Shown here: positions 12,601-24,700 of the stretch, one piece after another
Numbering within the stretch: the stretch's first letter is position 1
Layout: each line of letters starts with the position of its first letter
Assembly: GCA_905178155.1 (NCBI GenBank)
Contig: CAJINV010000001.1
Location: 8,277,599-8,341,598, forward strand
Length of the DNA stretch: 64,000 bases
From: Amoebophrya sp. A120
Taxonomy: Eukaryota; Protista; Dinoflagellata
Direction of reading: 5' to 3'
The notes under the pieces: generated by a model
Database searches by the model: none
What the model was told of the DNA's origin: nothing
Seen by the model: the letters and a program-made list of their open reading frames with translations, nothing else
Translations under genes and position numbers: made by a program

Positions 12601-14536
12601 TTCTTGGGGTGCCAGGTCGTGCATTGGGTTGCGGTGCGTTACCTAATGTATTGCGAGTTCGTGGTTCTGAATTTGACTAAATCCTCTACCTTTTTTGCGC
12701 AAGAAGTAAGTACCTACTCATTCCTCCCCCGAAAACATCTTTACTCCTCATGTGTACACTTCTAGTTACCTGCCTTGCCCGGAACTCGTAGGGTTCCGCG
12801 AGTTGGCGTTCCTGCGCGAATGCGTGCTTTTTCTTTCGTTGAAGTCTCCGCTACCTCTTTAGGACCAGCATCCGTTCGCGCGCCACCAGGAGGACTCTGA
12901 AACCGCTTGACTTTTCTTGTTGGCGAGGGTGGCGTATTTTTTTCTTCGTTCACTTCTATTGCCGTAGTTGTTGTACCGGAATTGTTTACCTGAAGGCAGC
13001 ACGAGAGGATCTTCCATTTCTGCCAACTACATGCTCTGCTGACCTGCATGATTTCAAGGAACTCATCACATCATCAGAACTAGCCCTGCAAAAACTAAAA
13101 AAGAGAAATTGAGGTACCACCGCGCCGGCCAAGCTGGCCTCCCCTGCCGTGGTTCCCAGCCCCGCTGAGCTCGGTCGCGGCGGTGCTTTTTCCTGTCCGC
13201 GCGCCGTCATGGGCCTTTGGCTATCTGTCCGCGCGGTGGTCCCGCCGGGCCCGCCGCGGGACGTCGGCATCGGGTCGGGGGCCACGTTCAAGTACGAGAA
13301 CGTGTTCAGAATCGCCTGCAGCTGCTGTGGAATGGGGTTCACGGTGATCAGCACCAGCGTCGGATTCGCGCTGCTTTCCAAGGCGATGCGCAGCAAACGG
13401 GTCAGCTTGTCGTCCCGACACACCGGCTTGAGCGGTTGGCCTGCGCGCAACGCAGAGAAAACCTTCACCAGCGACAAATACGTGGAATTGATCTTTTTGC
13501 TTTCGTCAATTCGGCTGCCCCGGCCGGCGGTATTCGTCTCGCGGTTGTCCTCACAACCCGCTAAATCCACCATGAACAGTTTGCCGACCTGCTGTTGCAC
13601 TGGCTTCACGTGCCGCGTCATCGACACTTTCTCTTGCTTGCCATTCTCTTCCGCCCGGGAAAAGTCCAGCTTTTCCACCGCGATCTGGATGCAGCAGTGG
13701 CTCCGCGAGCTGCAGTTGTTCAAGGAGGTGGCGCCCGTTTTGCGCTGCCTGATTCTGTTTGCGTACAAATCGCGAAACTGCTCTACCGACTCAATCGGCA
13801 CGGAGCTGAGGCCCCCGACCACTTCCTGCTGATTGGTGTCCATCTGCACCGGGAGGTCGTCTATTCTATACTTCGTTTGCTTCAACCCCCCGCCGCCCTG
13901 GTCGCTGTGGTCGATGCTGCCCCGTAAGTGCGGATTTCCGTCCCCCAGCCACCGCTTCGTCGCCTTCGGGACGCCGCGGGACGTTGGGTGCAGTTGAAAC
14001 GCGTCCTCTTTCGGCAAGTCCTGGAGCAGATCCCGGACTTTATCGCAATACAGCTCGTAGAGGGAGAACGTCACTTTGTACTCCTCCGTGCAGTCCGGGT
14101 CCAGCTGCTTGCTCTTCCACAAGTCCAGAATGTTCCGCACGGCTAAGGGGACGAACCCGCAGTTCGCGCCCAAGTCGTCGCCCTGCATGCTGTAGGTCTT
14201 CCCCGACCCGGTGGCCCCGTGCGCGAAGACGGTGCAGTGCTTGCCGTCGAACAGCGGCTCGAGCGCCTTGGGACCCAGCTCCTTGTCGAAAATCTCGCCG
14301 GTTTTTTCCATTTCGTACACCGCGTCGAAAGAAAAGTGCTTATCCTCGTACCGCTCATTCCGGGTGTCCCGGAGAAACACCGTGCGGTCTTCCACGCGCT
14401 CCAGCACGGTGTTCAGTTTACTCGGGTCCTCCGGGGGCCGCAGCCGCAAGATCATTCGCAACTGCTCCTGTTTCTGCCGTGCGGCGCCTAGCGACATCGC
14501 GGGGTTCGCACCGCCACCGAAGGAAGAGGCCATCAT
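9633..14536 (-). CDS. Kinesin-10 (Kid/KIF22)-like motor with coiled coil and C-terminal SAP domain
   Basis: Motor motifs GATGSGKTYSM, NNCSSRSH and DLAGCEDNRET (Kid-type DLAGSEDNRRT). Phase-compatible GT-AG introns at 13117-12990, 12769-12667, 12483-12321, 11811-11645 and 9884-9737, plus the introner at 11929-12179, link the motor to the 617-aa coiled-coil ORF. The last exon reads (F)NRLAISELKQRLKEQSLPTHGRRQELIERLEKGV*. Confidence 0.78.
11929..12179. mobile_element. Introner/MITE family A, 251 bp
   Basis: TIR TATCAACTGYAAAAATGTCTGGGTCTGGAAGA; TSD GGTTG/GATTG (the mismatch is synonymous, AAC/AAT Asn); colinear with 2694-2944; excision restores IFGRN|RRETD. Confidence 0.88.
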
Positions 14537-15323
14537 CGTGATGGTGATTTATTGATTCACGAGGGTGGAGGTAGTATTTGGGAGAGCCGTACCGCCACTC
14601 AGGTGGCGCGACGGTCTTTGACAGAAAATACTGCTTGGCGGTTTGTAGTTGACTCGATTTATTACCGTTGCTCGACGTCGATTACCGTTGACTCGACTAC
14701 CGTTGCCGCCGGGCCTCCCGATCCGTCCGGTCCTTGCTATGCGCGGGAGCTTCACATTTTGTCAGCGATGGGAAATTCTGAAGCGATCACATGAGCTCCA
14801 CTTTTGACTATATTAGCCTTCTCATAGTCATACACAGAAAAAGATCTTAATCGGCAGGCCGGCGACCTATTTGTCAAATGTCCGAAATGTTCGCGCGAAA
14901 CAAGTGAAAAAACACTTCACATTTTTGTTTTCAGCCGAGGATCTCTTTCTTCTGGTGCAGCGTTCGTCGATGGAACGAAAACCGCAAGGAGTAGAGCTAA
15001 GCAAAATGCCGCTGGCTTAGCGAAATTCAGATTTGCGCCAGGAACTAGGGCTTTTGCGAAATCGACGGGTCAGAAACGAACCAACCATGCAACAAATCCA
15101 AACATCCAGATCAGAGTCGATTAACGAGCGATTTTGGGCTGCTCTCAGTTCCAAAACCAAAAAGCCTGTGTGTGAAATTGTGGTCACAAATCGAAAACGA
15201 AACCACATTTGCAGCGACAGGGTTGCTTCACTGAACACTCCCACTTTTGAGTCACAAAAGAACGGGTAAAACGCTATTGTGCCTGTTTTGGGGAACAAAG
15301 ATTTCTTCTTGATTTCGCGCACT

Positions 15324-17963
15324 TCATGCACTGGCAGCTCGCGACAACAGAGAACTAGCACAATCTTCCGCTTCGGGAGCACCTAAAAAATCATCTTGAT
15401 GTTGTACTATCTGCCGTTTTTCTACAACTCGGTCTTGCAGAGAGCGACTCTGGAAGCCTGGATAGCTGGGCAACGCTGCCAGAAGTTCAATCCGTTGTGC
15501 GTTTGTGTTGATACGCACGTCCGGACACTTCGCTAGGCTGAGCCGTTGTGCCAGTCCCCGTGACACCTTGGGCGGAAAGAAGTCCGCAGGTAGCTGATGC
15601 GCCTTGTCCACTGGAGAGAAGGGTGGTAACTGCTTTCGCTTCCCGCGAAGCCGGGTTGCGCTTTTCAGAATGTCAAACGCAAGATCGTGCACATCGTTCG
15701 GGGAAAGCTTCAACTCGTGCTTTTGCCGGTCAAAAAAGGCCAATAATGACTTGTACATCAGATCGGCGCTGGCGTAAAAGTGCTCGTACTCCCACCACGG
15801 TGGATCGTCTGTAGTACTTTTAGTTTGTGTGGTTCCCATGTTAATCTTGCAGTTTATTTCTCCTCCGGAACCAGAAGTGGACATGTTGCCAGCCGCATTC
15901 TCGATATTTCTTTTTGTGGACTCAGAAACACGACCCTCGAGCACCGCCTCCTGCTCCACCTCCGCTACACCCACATTTGTGCAAGCGTTTTTTGTAGTGA
16001 GCTCCCTGAAGTGCGCGGTTTTTTCTTCGAACCTATTCACAAGTAAAACGCTCTGCCCAAAGTTGCCATGCCGTCCAGTCCGCCCGATGCGGTGCACATA
16101 TTGTTCGGGGCCCAGGAAGCTCAGACCCATTTGCACAATCAGATCCACACCGCAAAAATCTAGCCCACGCCCTGCAACGTCCGAAGCGAAAAGGATTTCT
16201 CGACGTCGGCGGAAGTTTTGTTCACCTGAAGATGATACCTGTGTGGTCGTGAAGCGGTTGACGACAGCGCGCCGCTTATCTTCTGCTAGAGCGGAGTGCA
16301 ACGCAAACAAATCCGCATCAAGCTGGTAAAAGTGCTTTAGCAAAACGTAAAAAAACTGCAGGAATCGCCGCGTAGGAAAGATGACCAAGGCGCGCTTGGG
16401 TGGAGATGAACGTTGCACAGTTGTCCTACTTCGGTGAGATGACTTTATTGCAGACCCCTGTTCCAAAATCCGAACCAGATCCAGACATAGGTTCGTCGGC
16501 TCGTACACATGATACAGCTCGTCTCGGGTCGTGGCAGCAAGCTGCCGGTCTACTTGCTCGGAATCACACACTGCTTCGTCGTCCGGAGATTTCAACTTTA
16601 TTTCTGACGCGGGATCATTCTCAACAACACGCTCCTCACGACCTTGACCATCCGCATCGCTCGGATCCAGTGTGCGATACCCAGGGCGTAGCAAGGTCCT
16701 TTCCGCCAGTTTTTCGCGATCAAAAGCAAAGGTAGCGGAGCAAAGTATCGTCTGAAAAGCGCTACTACTGGAACTGTCGCTCCTCTGAGGCTGTGGTTGT
16801 GCGCAGTGATTGTAGCTGCAGGCTTCCTCCTTAAGGGTTCTTGCCATTTCAACTTTGTCAGCTACGAAGGCAGCATCCTCTTCGTTCCTCGTCGCAGGGT
16901 CGTATTTTGACGATCGAAGGGCCTCAACCACGAAGCTGATTTGGTGAAAATAGCCGCTGAGATCTAACAGCGCGTCTGCTTCATCCAGGACCAGTGTGTG
17001 GAGTGATTGGAAAAAACTCGGAAACCCGGCCGTGTTCATCAAGTGCCATGCAAGCTTTCCTGGCGTGGCGACCAGAATCTGAGGACAGTCGAGGCGCAGC
17101 CGGGTGAGATCACCGCTACGGGAGCTGCTTCCTCCACCTCCATTGACAGAAATTGACGATGCCGAGGCGGTCGCAGGAGCGCCATGAGAGCCATTTCCAG
17201 GCCTGCACCCAGCGTCCAAAGCTGGAATCTCGAGACACGAATAAAAATCACCACTTTTTTTGCTTCGATGTCCACTCGCGGTCAAAAATGAAAATCGAAC
17301 CTCGGGATGATACAGAAGCAGCCTTTCCAGGGTCTTCTGCACTTGAAACACCAGATCTCGAGTGGGGCAAACAATCAACGCCTCCACGGCAAAAATGTTC
17401 TGATTTCTCGTCTTCACATCACTTCCACTACCGGAAGACCGACGCAGAACCTTTTCGATCAAGGGCAGAAGGTACGCCAGTGTTTTTCCGGAACCCGTTG
17501 CAGCTTTAAGCAGCAAATCCGGCAGGAGGTTTGGTTCTGGGCTTGACAGAGAGTCAACCGCCGCCTCGCTTTCGTGTTCGTCACGTGCTGGTATTTGTTC
17601 CCATGCAAGCGCCTGAATCGGTGTCGGGTTTTCAATGCCAAACTGTTCCCGCAGAATCGCTTCAAACTTCCCCGGAAGTCGTTCTTTCGGTCGGCCACGT
17701 CGATAACTGCCGTGGTCTTGTACTGCCGCAGGTGCACCATACTGACCGAATTCTGAACGTTGCGTACCCGTCGATACGAGTCTCGCGAAAGACAAGCGTG
17801 ACGAAGGCGTTCTTCGGAGGAGAAGTACGGGACGTCTTCCGGGAGCTCCAGTGCTTCCTGAGCGAAGAAAGAAGTTAGAGAGCAGCTGTTGTAGTCCTCT
17901 CCGCACTTGGCCATCTGAATTTCGGAGTTGCAGCTGTGCTCGCAAAAATACATCCCTGTTCAT
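15324..17963 (-). CDS. DEAD-box RNA helicase (possible organelle-targeting N-terminus)
   Basis: Motifs PTPIQ, AATGSGKTLAY, PTRDL, ATPGKL, LDEAD, SAT, SDVAGRGLDF and YVHRIGRTGR. Confidence 0.93.
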   Translation of the reverse strand: MNRDVFLRAQLQLRNSDGQVRRGLQQLLSNFFLRSGSTGAPGRRPVLLLRRTPSSRLSFARLVSTGTQRSEFGQYGAPAAVQDHGSYRRGRPKERLPGKFEAILREQFGIENPTPIQALAWEQIPARDEHESEAAVDSLSSPEPNLLPDLLLKAATGSGKTLAYLLPLIEKVLRRSSGSGSDVKTRNQNIFAVEALIVCPTRDLVFQVQKTLERLLLYHPEVRFSFLTASGHRSKKSGDFYSCLEIPALDAGCRPGNGSHGAPATASASSISVNGGGGSSSRSGDLTRLRLDCPQILVATPGKLAWHLMNTAGFPSFFQSLHTLVLDEADALLDLSGYFHQISFVVEALRSSKYDPATRNEEDAAFVADKVEMARTLKEEACSYNHCAQPQPQRSDSSSSSAFQTILCSATFAFDREKLAERTLLRPGYRTLDPSDADGQGREERVVENDPASEIKLKSPDDEAVCDSEQVDRQLAATTRDELYHVYEPTNLCLDLVRILEQGSAIKSSHRSRTTVQRSSPPKRALVIFPTRRFLQFFYVLLKHFYQLDADLFALHSALAEDKRRAVVNRFTTTQVSSSGEQNFRRRREILFASDVAGRGLDFCGVDLIVQMGLSFLGPEQYVHRIGRTGRHGNFGQSVLLVNRFEEKTAHFRELTTKNACTNVGVAEVEQEAVLEGRVSESTKRNIENAAGNMSTSGSGGEINCKINMGTTQTKSTTDDPPWWEYEHFYASADLMYKSLLAFFDRQKHELKLSPNDVHDLAFDILKSATRLRGKRKQLPPFSPVDKAHQLPADFFPPKVSRGLAQRLSLAKCPDVRINTNAQRIELLAALPSYPGFQSRSLQDRVVEKRQIVQHQDDFLGAPEAEDCASSLLSRAASA

Positions 17964-19840
17964 TTTCTATTTCTACTGGGGAGGGGGTTCCTGAAGCGAC
18001 AAACATTTTTGTCGAGTCGAATATCCCCACTCTACGTCTGACCTCCTGCTTGTCGTGCTTTCTTTGTGTTTGTGGCTTCTAGAAAGGGTCTGTCTTGTCG
18101 ACGCTTTCTCGCCACTTACAAAAAACGATAAACTCCGACAGTGGAGGTGGAGTTCTGAACGAAACCGAAGCTGGACAGACCTCCTCTTGCGGTCAACGTC
18201 TAATCCATCGTGGCGGATTGAATAAATTTATTTTTCACGACGGAACTGCTGATACTAGGTGATGCGAGCTGTCTTGTCACGGTCTGACGGACTCCAGGAC
18301 GATCTTTTTCACACTCACCCCTGCTAACCTGATCGCAGGACCTTGATCCATCTTTCGAGAAAAGAAAAAAACGAACAATCTGAAAGCCATGTTGAAGACC
18401 GATCTTCCGGCATTATCGTCATCTAGCGTGCAATAGGTGATATGCAGCGGGTTGCGTACGAGCTGTCAGAGTTCGTTTCAGATCCGCAACATCACGTCGC
18501 GATAGGAAGTCTTCAACATCTACATGGTTTCGCACTATATTTTACACGTCGCCTGAATCAACAGAGCAGTTGCAATGAGGATATTCCTATCTTCAACACG
18601 AGCTGCAATATGACTAACCATTCCTTATCTTCAAGTAGAGATAAATCGTATGAGAATGAATCAAATAAAGCTCAGATATGTCAAATCCTCTAAGGCATAG
18701 GCTGAGTCCGGTCCATCAAGCACAATCAGGGTTACAATCGCCTCCCCCATAGTTGTTTCACAGGATAGACAGGGAAGAGAGAAGCCGGAAGGATTGTTTC
18801 TTGACAGGAAGCCATGTAAAAAGACATGCCGACTCACTGCGTCGATCCATTGTCCTCCAGGACGCAGACGCGCAGATACTTTCTACAACTAATTCATATT
18901 CAAATGTTTATGACACTAACGTGAAATACGAGCGATAAGGATGCAGCGGTAATATGCTTTCTACTTTATGTCTAGCCGTACAAAGAGTATATGCCAATCT
19001 TGAAAAACGCGAGGCGTGTTGGACCTCGCGCTCGCATCCTTCTTGTGCAGAAAAGCATAAAAAGCAAGCATATGTTGTAGCACGCTTGGTGGAAGATATG
19101 TTAGTTTGTATAGCGCTTCCAACAAGGGAGCGAAAATCATGATCATCTCGAGGAGTGTCTAAAGTGCAAAAGCGTGGTCACTGCCACGACTTCAGAACCA
19201 ATCCCGATTTTCACAAGCTTGTTTCTTAATCATGATATGCCGTGGCGCAGCTGCCTTTGAATTAGTTGATGAATGACCTTGATATATTTATTGATAAATT
19301 TGTTATACAAATTCGCGAAAACCATCTTCGTGTAAAACTCCTCGCACGTTTCTATTGTAATGCTTATGTGTTGTAATCTTTTTTTGTTCGAATTTCTAGA
19401 GGTTTCCTTTTCCTATGGTGGAACAACGCCGAAATAAAAGCCGAGCTCGCTATCCGTCACGTACTCACTTTCTGCCGCTACGGACGAGCCAGACTCTTCT
19501 ACAGGCAAATCACCAAAGTTGTTAAAGAACGCCCCCACCAACGAGGGGTGTAATGCTGCGCCTTTACCGAGACGCACGTACGACCGCCAGTTGTGCAAGT
19601 TCTCCGAGGGGAAGTTCTCCGAGGGGAAGTTGTTACCGAGCGCACTTCCTGCCGGTCGAGCCGCCCCCGGCAGGAAGTGCGATTGGCGCTGCCAATCGCA
19701 CGCGACGTAAGAAACGCGGAGGTTCGGTATTGTGCCTGATTGGAGATGATTGTACATGAAGGACTTATGCCGTTATTGAAGAAGTCAACACGACATCAAA
19801 TCGCTTCCATTCTCTAGTATGCCATAGAAGAGCCTATTGA

Positions 19841-19930
19841 TTGCTAGATGTGCCTCCTCGTACTTTGCAATACATGACTGTGTACCTCTTTACTTTGCTA
19901 GGTGTGCCTCCTCGTACTTTGCAATACATG
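19841..19930. repeat. Tandem duplication of TTGCTAGRTGTGCCTCCTCGTACTTTGCAATACATGA
   Basis: Two near-identical 37-bp copies a short distance apart. Confidence 0.8.
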
Positions 19931-20405
19931 AGCTTCCTCTTGCTTTTCTGCCCCACGACCTGCAGATGACGGCTGCTCTCCACCCGTTGTACCAGTCCAA
20001 ACGACATTGCTGCCCTTTCCGAAGGCCGCCGGGGAAGCCAGAAAGTAGTCCGACTCCACGCCTTCTGCGGACGGGATTGACGTGGCAGAAGGAGAATCAC
20101 TGCTGTCCGCGGTGCTATACCTCATGTGAGTTCTCTCCATCGCCTCGCACTTGTGGTGTGCTGTCGCCATATGAGCCACATCTTCGAACTCCACGAGAAT
20201 GTTGCCGGTCCTACGCTTGTAGTCCTTGTCAACGAGACCAGTAGAATTAGTACCGGTCGCCCCGTAGTTCTCTCCTGATTCTTGCATCTCCTCGTCCTCT
20301 CCTATGATTGTTCTCTGAGGAGCTGCTGCTCTGCCATTCCTCCCCTTGCGCAGCAGCGGATTCTTCTTGTCCGCGGCGACGGAGGCCTGAAACAGGGGGT
20401 CCCCG

Positions 20406-20528
20406 TATCAAGTGCAAAAATGTCTGGGTCTGGAAACTTGTGACGCAAGTCCGTGAACAATAAGTGCTCTGTAATGCGCCGCCAAGCATGACAAGTTTTT
20501 TCGTGCTTCTGTGATGCGTATTTCGCAT
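20406..20528. mobile_element. Truncated (half) family A element
   Basis: Left TIR TATCAAGTGCAAAAATGTCTGGGTCTGG plus interior similar to 30593-30846; no right TIR; abuts the NLHNW repeat. Confidence 0.8.
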
Positions 20529-21351
20529 GCCTTTACCGAGACGCACGTACGACCGCCAGTTGTGCAAGTTCTCGATTTTGTGCCATGGCGTGTGGAGCAA
20601 TATTCAGCGTAGATATCGCAGGATTTACCACGACAATGCGAAGTAAGAATGCTGCTCGATCATCGGCCTACTGTGCTAGTATGTGTATGTAGTAATCATG
20701 AAGCTCTGATATCTATGTTCTTGAAGCGACTATTCACCGTTCTTGCTTTGGTCCAAAGCTTTTCATCGGACACGTCTCACGCGTCCGGGGGTGGAGAAAA
20801 TGCACTTCCAAAGTGCCATCTTCTGCCCGACGGTGTGGAAAGAAGCTGAACCACTAAAAGTAGTAATTCGAAATTCCTTGCAGCTCCTGATCTGAAAATA
20901 GAGAAACGGGACATCGAGCACCCCGAAGGCTGGCTGTGAAAATCAGCATCGCGCGCCGTATTGCTCTGCAGTTAAAGTTATCAGTATCTCTAGGCTTATT
21001 TTGCAGCGAGAGCATTTTACGATTCCCGCAGACCAAAACACGCTTCTGGAAAGCGAAGACTTGCACGTCGAACCGAGCTTCCATTTCCAATATAGGTAGC
21101 TCGGACGAGGAAACTAGTTCTAGTAGGAGTACTATCTCGCAAATAAAGCAAACAAAAAAGAACAAATGGGAGCACCAGAGCAACAAATAGCTAGCAAAAA
21201 TAAACAAGAGGAAAAGATAAATGTGAGCATCAAGTGCTTCTTCGATTCAGAAAAGCAAAACATGGAATTTGCCAAATGCCGAGCTGCAACATGGAGGTTG
21301 CCATAAAGATAAACCAGACTACACTAAACGAATCGTTAACTACACTACCCC

Positions 21352-21451
21352 NNNNNNNNNNNNNNNNNNNNNNNNNNNNNNNNNNNNNNNNNNNNNNNNN
21401 NNNNNNNNNNNNNNNNNNNNNNNNNNNNNNNNNNNNNNNNNNNNNNNNNNN
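21352..21451. other. Assembly gap (100 N)
   Basis: Run of N. Confidence 1.
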
Positions 21452-21767
21452 GCGTCGCGACGGGAGCGCGCAATCGGCAAAGAGGAGCTACCCGAAAGCT
21501 GGCGTCGTATGAGTCGTCTTCTACGTTTATCACTTTCTAGGCACACTCTACTACACAAATCAGCGATAAAGTGCTCAGATTCTGTACGTTTGGACCAGCA
21601 TCTGGACCAGCATCATTTTTCTCCAGTTGCACAAGTGTCCTCACGTCATCCTCAACATAGGAGACGGAGAAAGAACTGCCACTGTGTCTCTGGGCAAACC
21701 ACGGAAGCGAACGGTTTAGGGTTTCGGGTTCGAAACTTCGCTTCGCGAAAAAGTAAAAAATTCAGCC

Positions 21768-24700
21768 TCACTGCCACAATGATGAAAAGAAAAAAACACC
21801 GAGACGCACGTACGACCGCCAGTTGTGCAAGTTCTGGCGAAGCAACTCGGCCGGGGGAAGCTCGATTTGTGCCATGGCGAACGCGTGCAGCCGGTACTCG
21901 TAGTACGCCAAGTAGTCGGAGTAGTCCTTCAACAATGCAGTCTGCCAGGTCCCTGCTAGCGCCGACGACGCCAGCGTTTGGAGCGAAAGCTGGTTCTGCG
22001 TGTACACTTCTGGGGCGGGAGGTGGCGCTGCAGGGCTCGAAGATCCTATCGCGGCTGCAAACGGTCGCGCAGGAGAGAAAACTTGTGGATCTTGTAGTAC
22101 TCTTCTTGCATCATCACCGATGTTCTCCAGGAGACGAGCTTGCAGCTGCGCCCAGTGTGAAGATAGCCACTGCACGCGTTCCGGCGCCGCACTTTGTTGC
22201 ATCTTATACAACCCGTCGAGCATGTCCGTCAGCAGCGCGTCTAGACGGACATCCTCCGAGCGCCAGGCATCCGGGTACAGGTCGATTGCATTGGCGGCAG
22301 AAAAGGCTTCAAGATGGTAACTGGCGAGAAAAAAGCTCACCCGCGCCCGGCGCATATTGCGCTCGGAGTTCGGCATGTTTGGGGTCGTAAAAGGGTCGAC
22401 CCCGGACAAGAAATTCTTCAATGCCCGACCTAAAACTCGGCTCAGGCTCTCCCTGCGAAACCCGGGGGGATCGCCGACGCGGCCTTCGTACAGGTGCTGA
22501 AACTGTTCACCGTCGATCTGCAAAGCGCCCAACAAGCACCCGAAAAGCGCGCCCTTACGCAACACGCGCGTTTCGCGGTCGAATCGACGGCGCTCCAGCG
22601 AGGCCGCGACGACGGAATCGACGTTGCCGCGAAGTCGCGCCTGCTCTTCCTCCTCCGGAGCGGTGTTTCGGCGACGCCGCGCGGCTCGCTTCTCACTCGT
22701 CTGCTCGAGCCGTTTCAGACCCTCGAATTCCCGCTCCAGCGCAATCCTGTCCAGGTCCACAAACAAGGCTCGCTTGGCTCTTCGTCTATCACTATTCGGC
22801 GACGTCGGAGCAGGGCTGAAGATGTCCGAGCTCAGAGTGGACTCCGTATCGGAGTCCTCGCCGTAGTAATCGCCCATGTAATCGTAGCCACCGGCGCTGA
22901 CCAGCCCGATGTCCTCCGTGTCTAGATCGTACTCAAGAATGTGGTGAAAGAAAAAGTCCAGCAACCAGATGTGATTCTGCAGGCGCTCGAAGCGGGGCTG
23001 GTCCCCAGGATTATTGATGTCATATACAGTCTGCAGTACCTCATCCACCCTCTCCCGGGCCCCGGCATCCCGCCCCACCTTGGTCACCAGGTACGGTCTG
23101 CGTGCGATTGTCGCGGCTTGCGCTTGCTGCGGATAGTGTTCCGCAAAGAGAGAGGGAACGGGTTCGCCATGATCCGCATCAAAATTTTCTTCCACAGAAA
23201 GTGATTGGATCCGAAGCAGGCCCTGCGTCATCCGGTGGACCACAATCGCGACGGAGTTCATGATATACTGCTGGACCACAAAGCGCTCTAGCTCATCCGC
23301 CAACTCCGACAGTTTCTTCTCCTGTTCTTGCTGCTCCTCCGCACCAGACTGCGGCGAGGAAATTGGCTCGGCAGAAGCCGCCGCTGTCCCTGATCCGGAA
23401 GACGCAGAGCCTTTGGTGGTTCTTCCTCGTCGTTCCGAGCTTTTGCTCGAGGACGCTTTCGAGGAAGACCGCGCAGCTCCTTTTGCTTTGTTGCGTCCAT
23501 GTTGCAGCATGTTGCCCCTGGTAGAAGTACAACCGCGTGTGCTTCTTTTGGAGTTCTTTCTCAGCGCAACAGCTTCCCTCCGCTTTCGGAGCTCCAGTTG
23601 TTCCTGTGCCGCGGCCGCTACACCCTCTTTCGCAACGTCTTCCAGCACCGCGCGCAGTGGCATTCGCACCCGGTCGGCGGTCAGCAGGTCCATTAGCTCG
23701 GAGACAAATTTCGTCAGCACGTTGTGCACGTAGTACTCCCGTACGAAGTGTTGCTCCTCCATTTCAGGCGGCACCTCCGTGACCCCGCGACGGAAGCGTG
23801 GGGCCTTCGCCGTGAATGCGTCGATGGTCTCCGCCAACTCTGCCTGGACGCCAAGTCTCTCTGATACCCCTCGCAAGTCGACCAGCGCCTCCTCTGCCGC
23901 CTCGGCGGCACCCCGCACGCTCCCCGAGGCGGCGCTGCTGCCCGAGGCCGCGGAAGAAGCCGAAGTTTTTGACGACCTAGTGGTCCTGTTTGGGCGCCCA
24001 CGTCGACCTCCCGATCGACTACTGCGTGAAGACGCGGCATCTTCGGACGATGCGGCCGAAAATAAGGGCTGACCTCGTTGAAAAAGAAAACCTCCCTCCG
24101 CCGCCGATCGCGGAGTCGCAACCGGCTCCTCGTCATCATCCGAAGAGAAAGATAACCCACCTGGTTCTTCTGGTGGTCCAAAATTGCGCTGGTGCTCCCC
24201 ACCTGGTGGCGCAGATCCCCGCGGCGCTATGTGAGTACTACCCCGCACCTGCCGCTGCAACTCCAAGTCCTGGCTGAGCCGCTTTAACCGATCGGATTCT
24301 TTGACCGTTTTGTTGCTCGCCTGTGACGACACGCTGCCCTCCGAGTCCGAGGGTTCAGAAGACGGGTATCCTGCCTCCGAGCCGGAGGAGCGGGACGACG
24401 CGGCTTCTTCTGCGCCACGCTGCAGTACGATTTTGTGCTCGACGAGGGCAAGGAGCTTGTTCTGGTGCAGCCGCCCCGGCGCGTCGCGACGCAACGCGTT
24501 CAAACGGTCTGGTCGCGTAGAAGAGGACTGGTCGTGTGCAATCCGTGCTGCAGGTCGTTGCTGTTCCCCCTGACTACCTTGTTCCGCGATCCCGGCTGGT
24601 ACCGTGTCGCCTTGAAGATGATCCTCGAGAACTGTCGAAGCACTACTCAAAACCTGTCCTGTACCGTTCTGCAATTGCCGCCACAGCTCCTGTGCCAACT

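Larger units (their letters stand above)
19561..21835 (-). repeat. Three copies of a ~40-bp coding fragment (NLHNWRSYVRLG) at 19561-19603, 20530-20572 and 21798-21835
   Basis: Identical ACCGAGACGCACGTACGACCGCCAGTTGTGCAAGTTCT core; the third copy is the end of the 1297-aa ORF. Confidence 0.9.

Noticed and set aside
18000-19400. Short ORFs upstream of the helicase
   Set aside because: No recognisable motif and no consistent splice model.
19561-21835. ~40-bp repeats as a CRISPR-like array
   Set aside because: Spacing is about 1 kb and irregular, the repeat is coding sequence, the context is eukaryotic and there are no cas genes.
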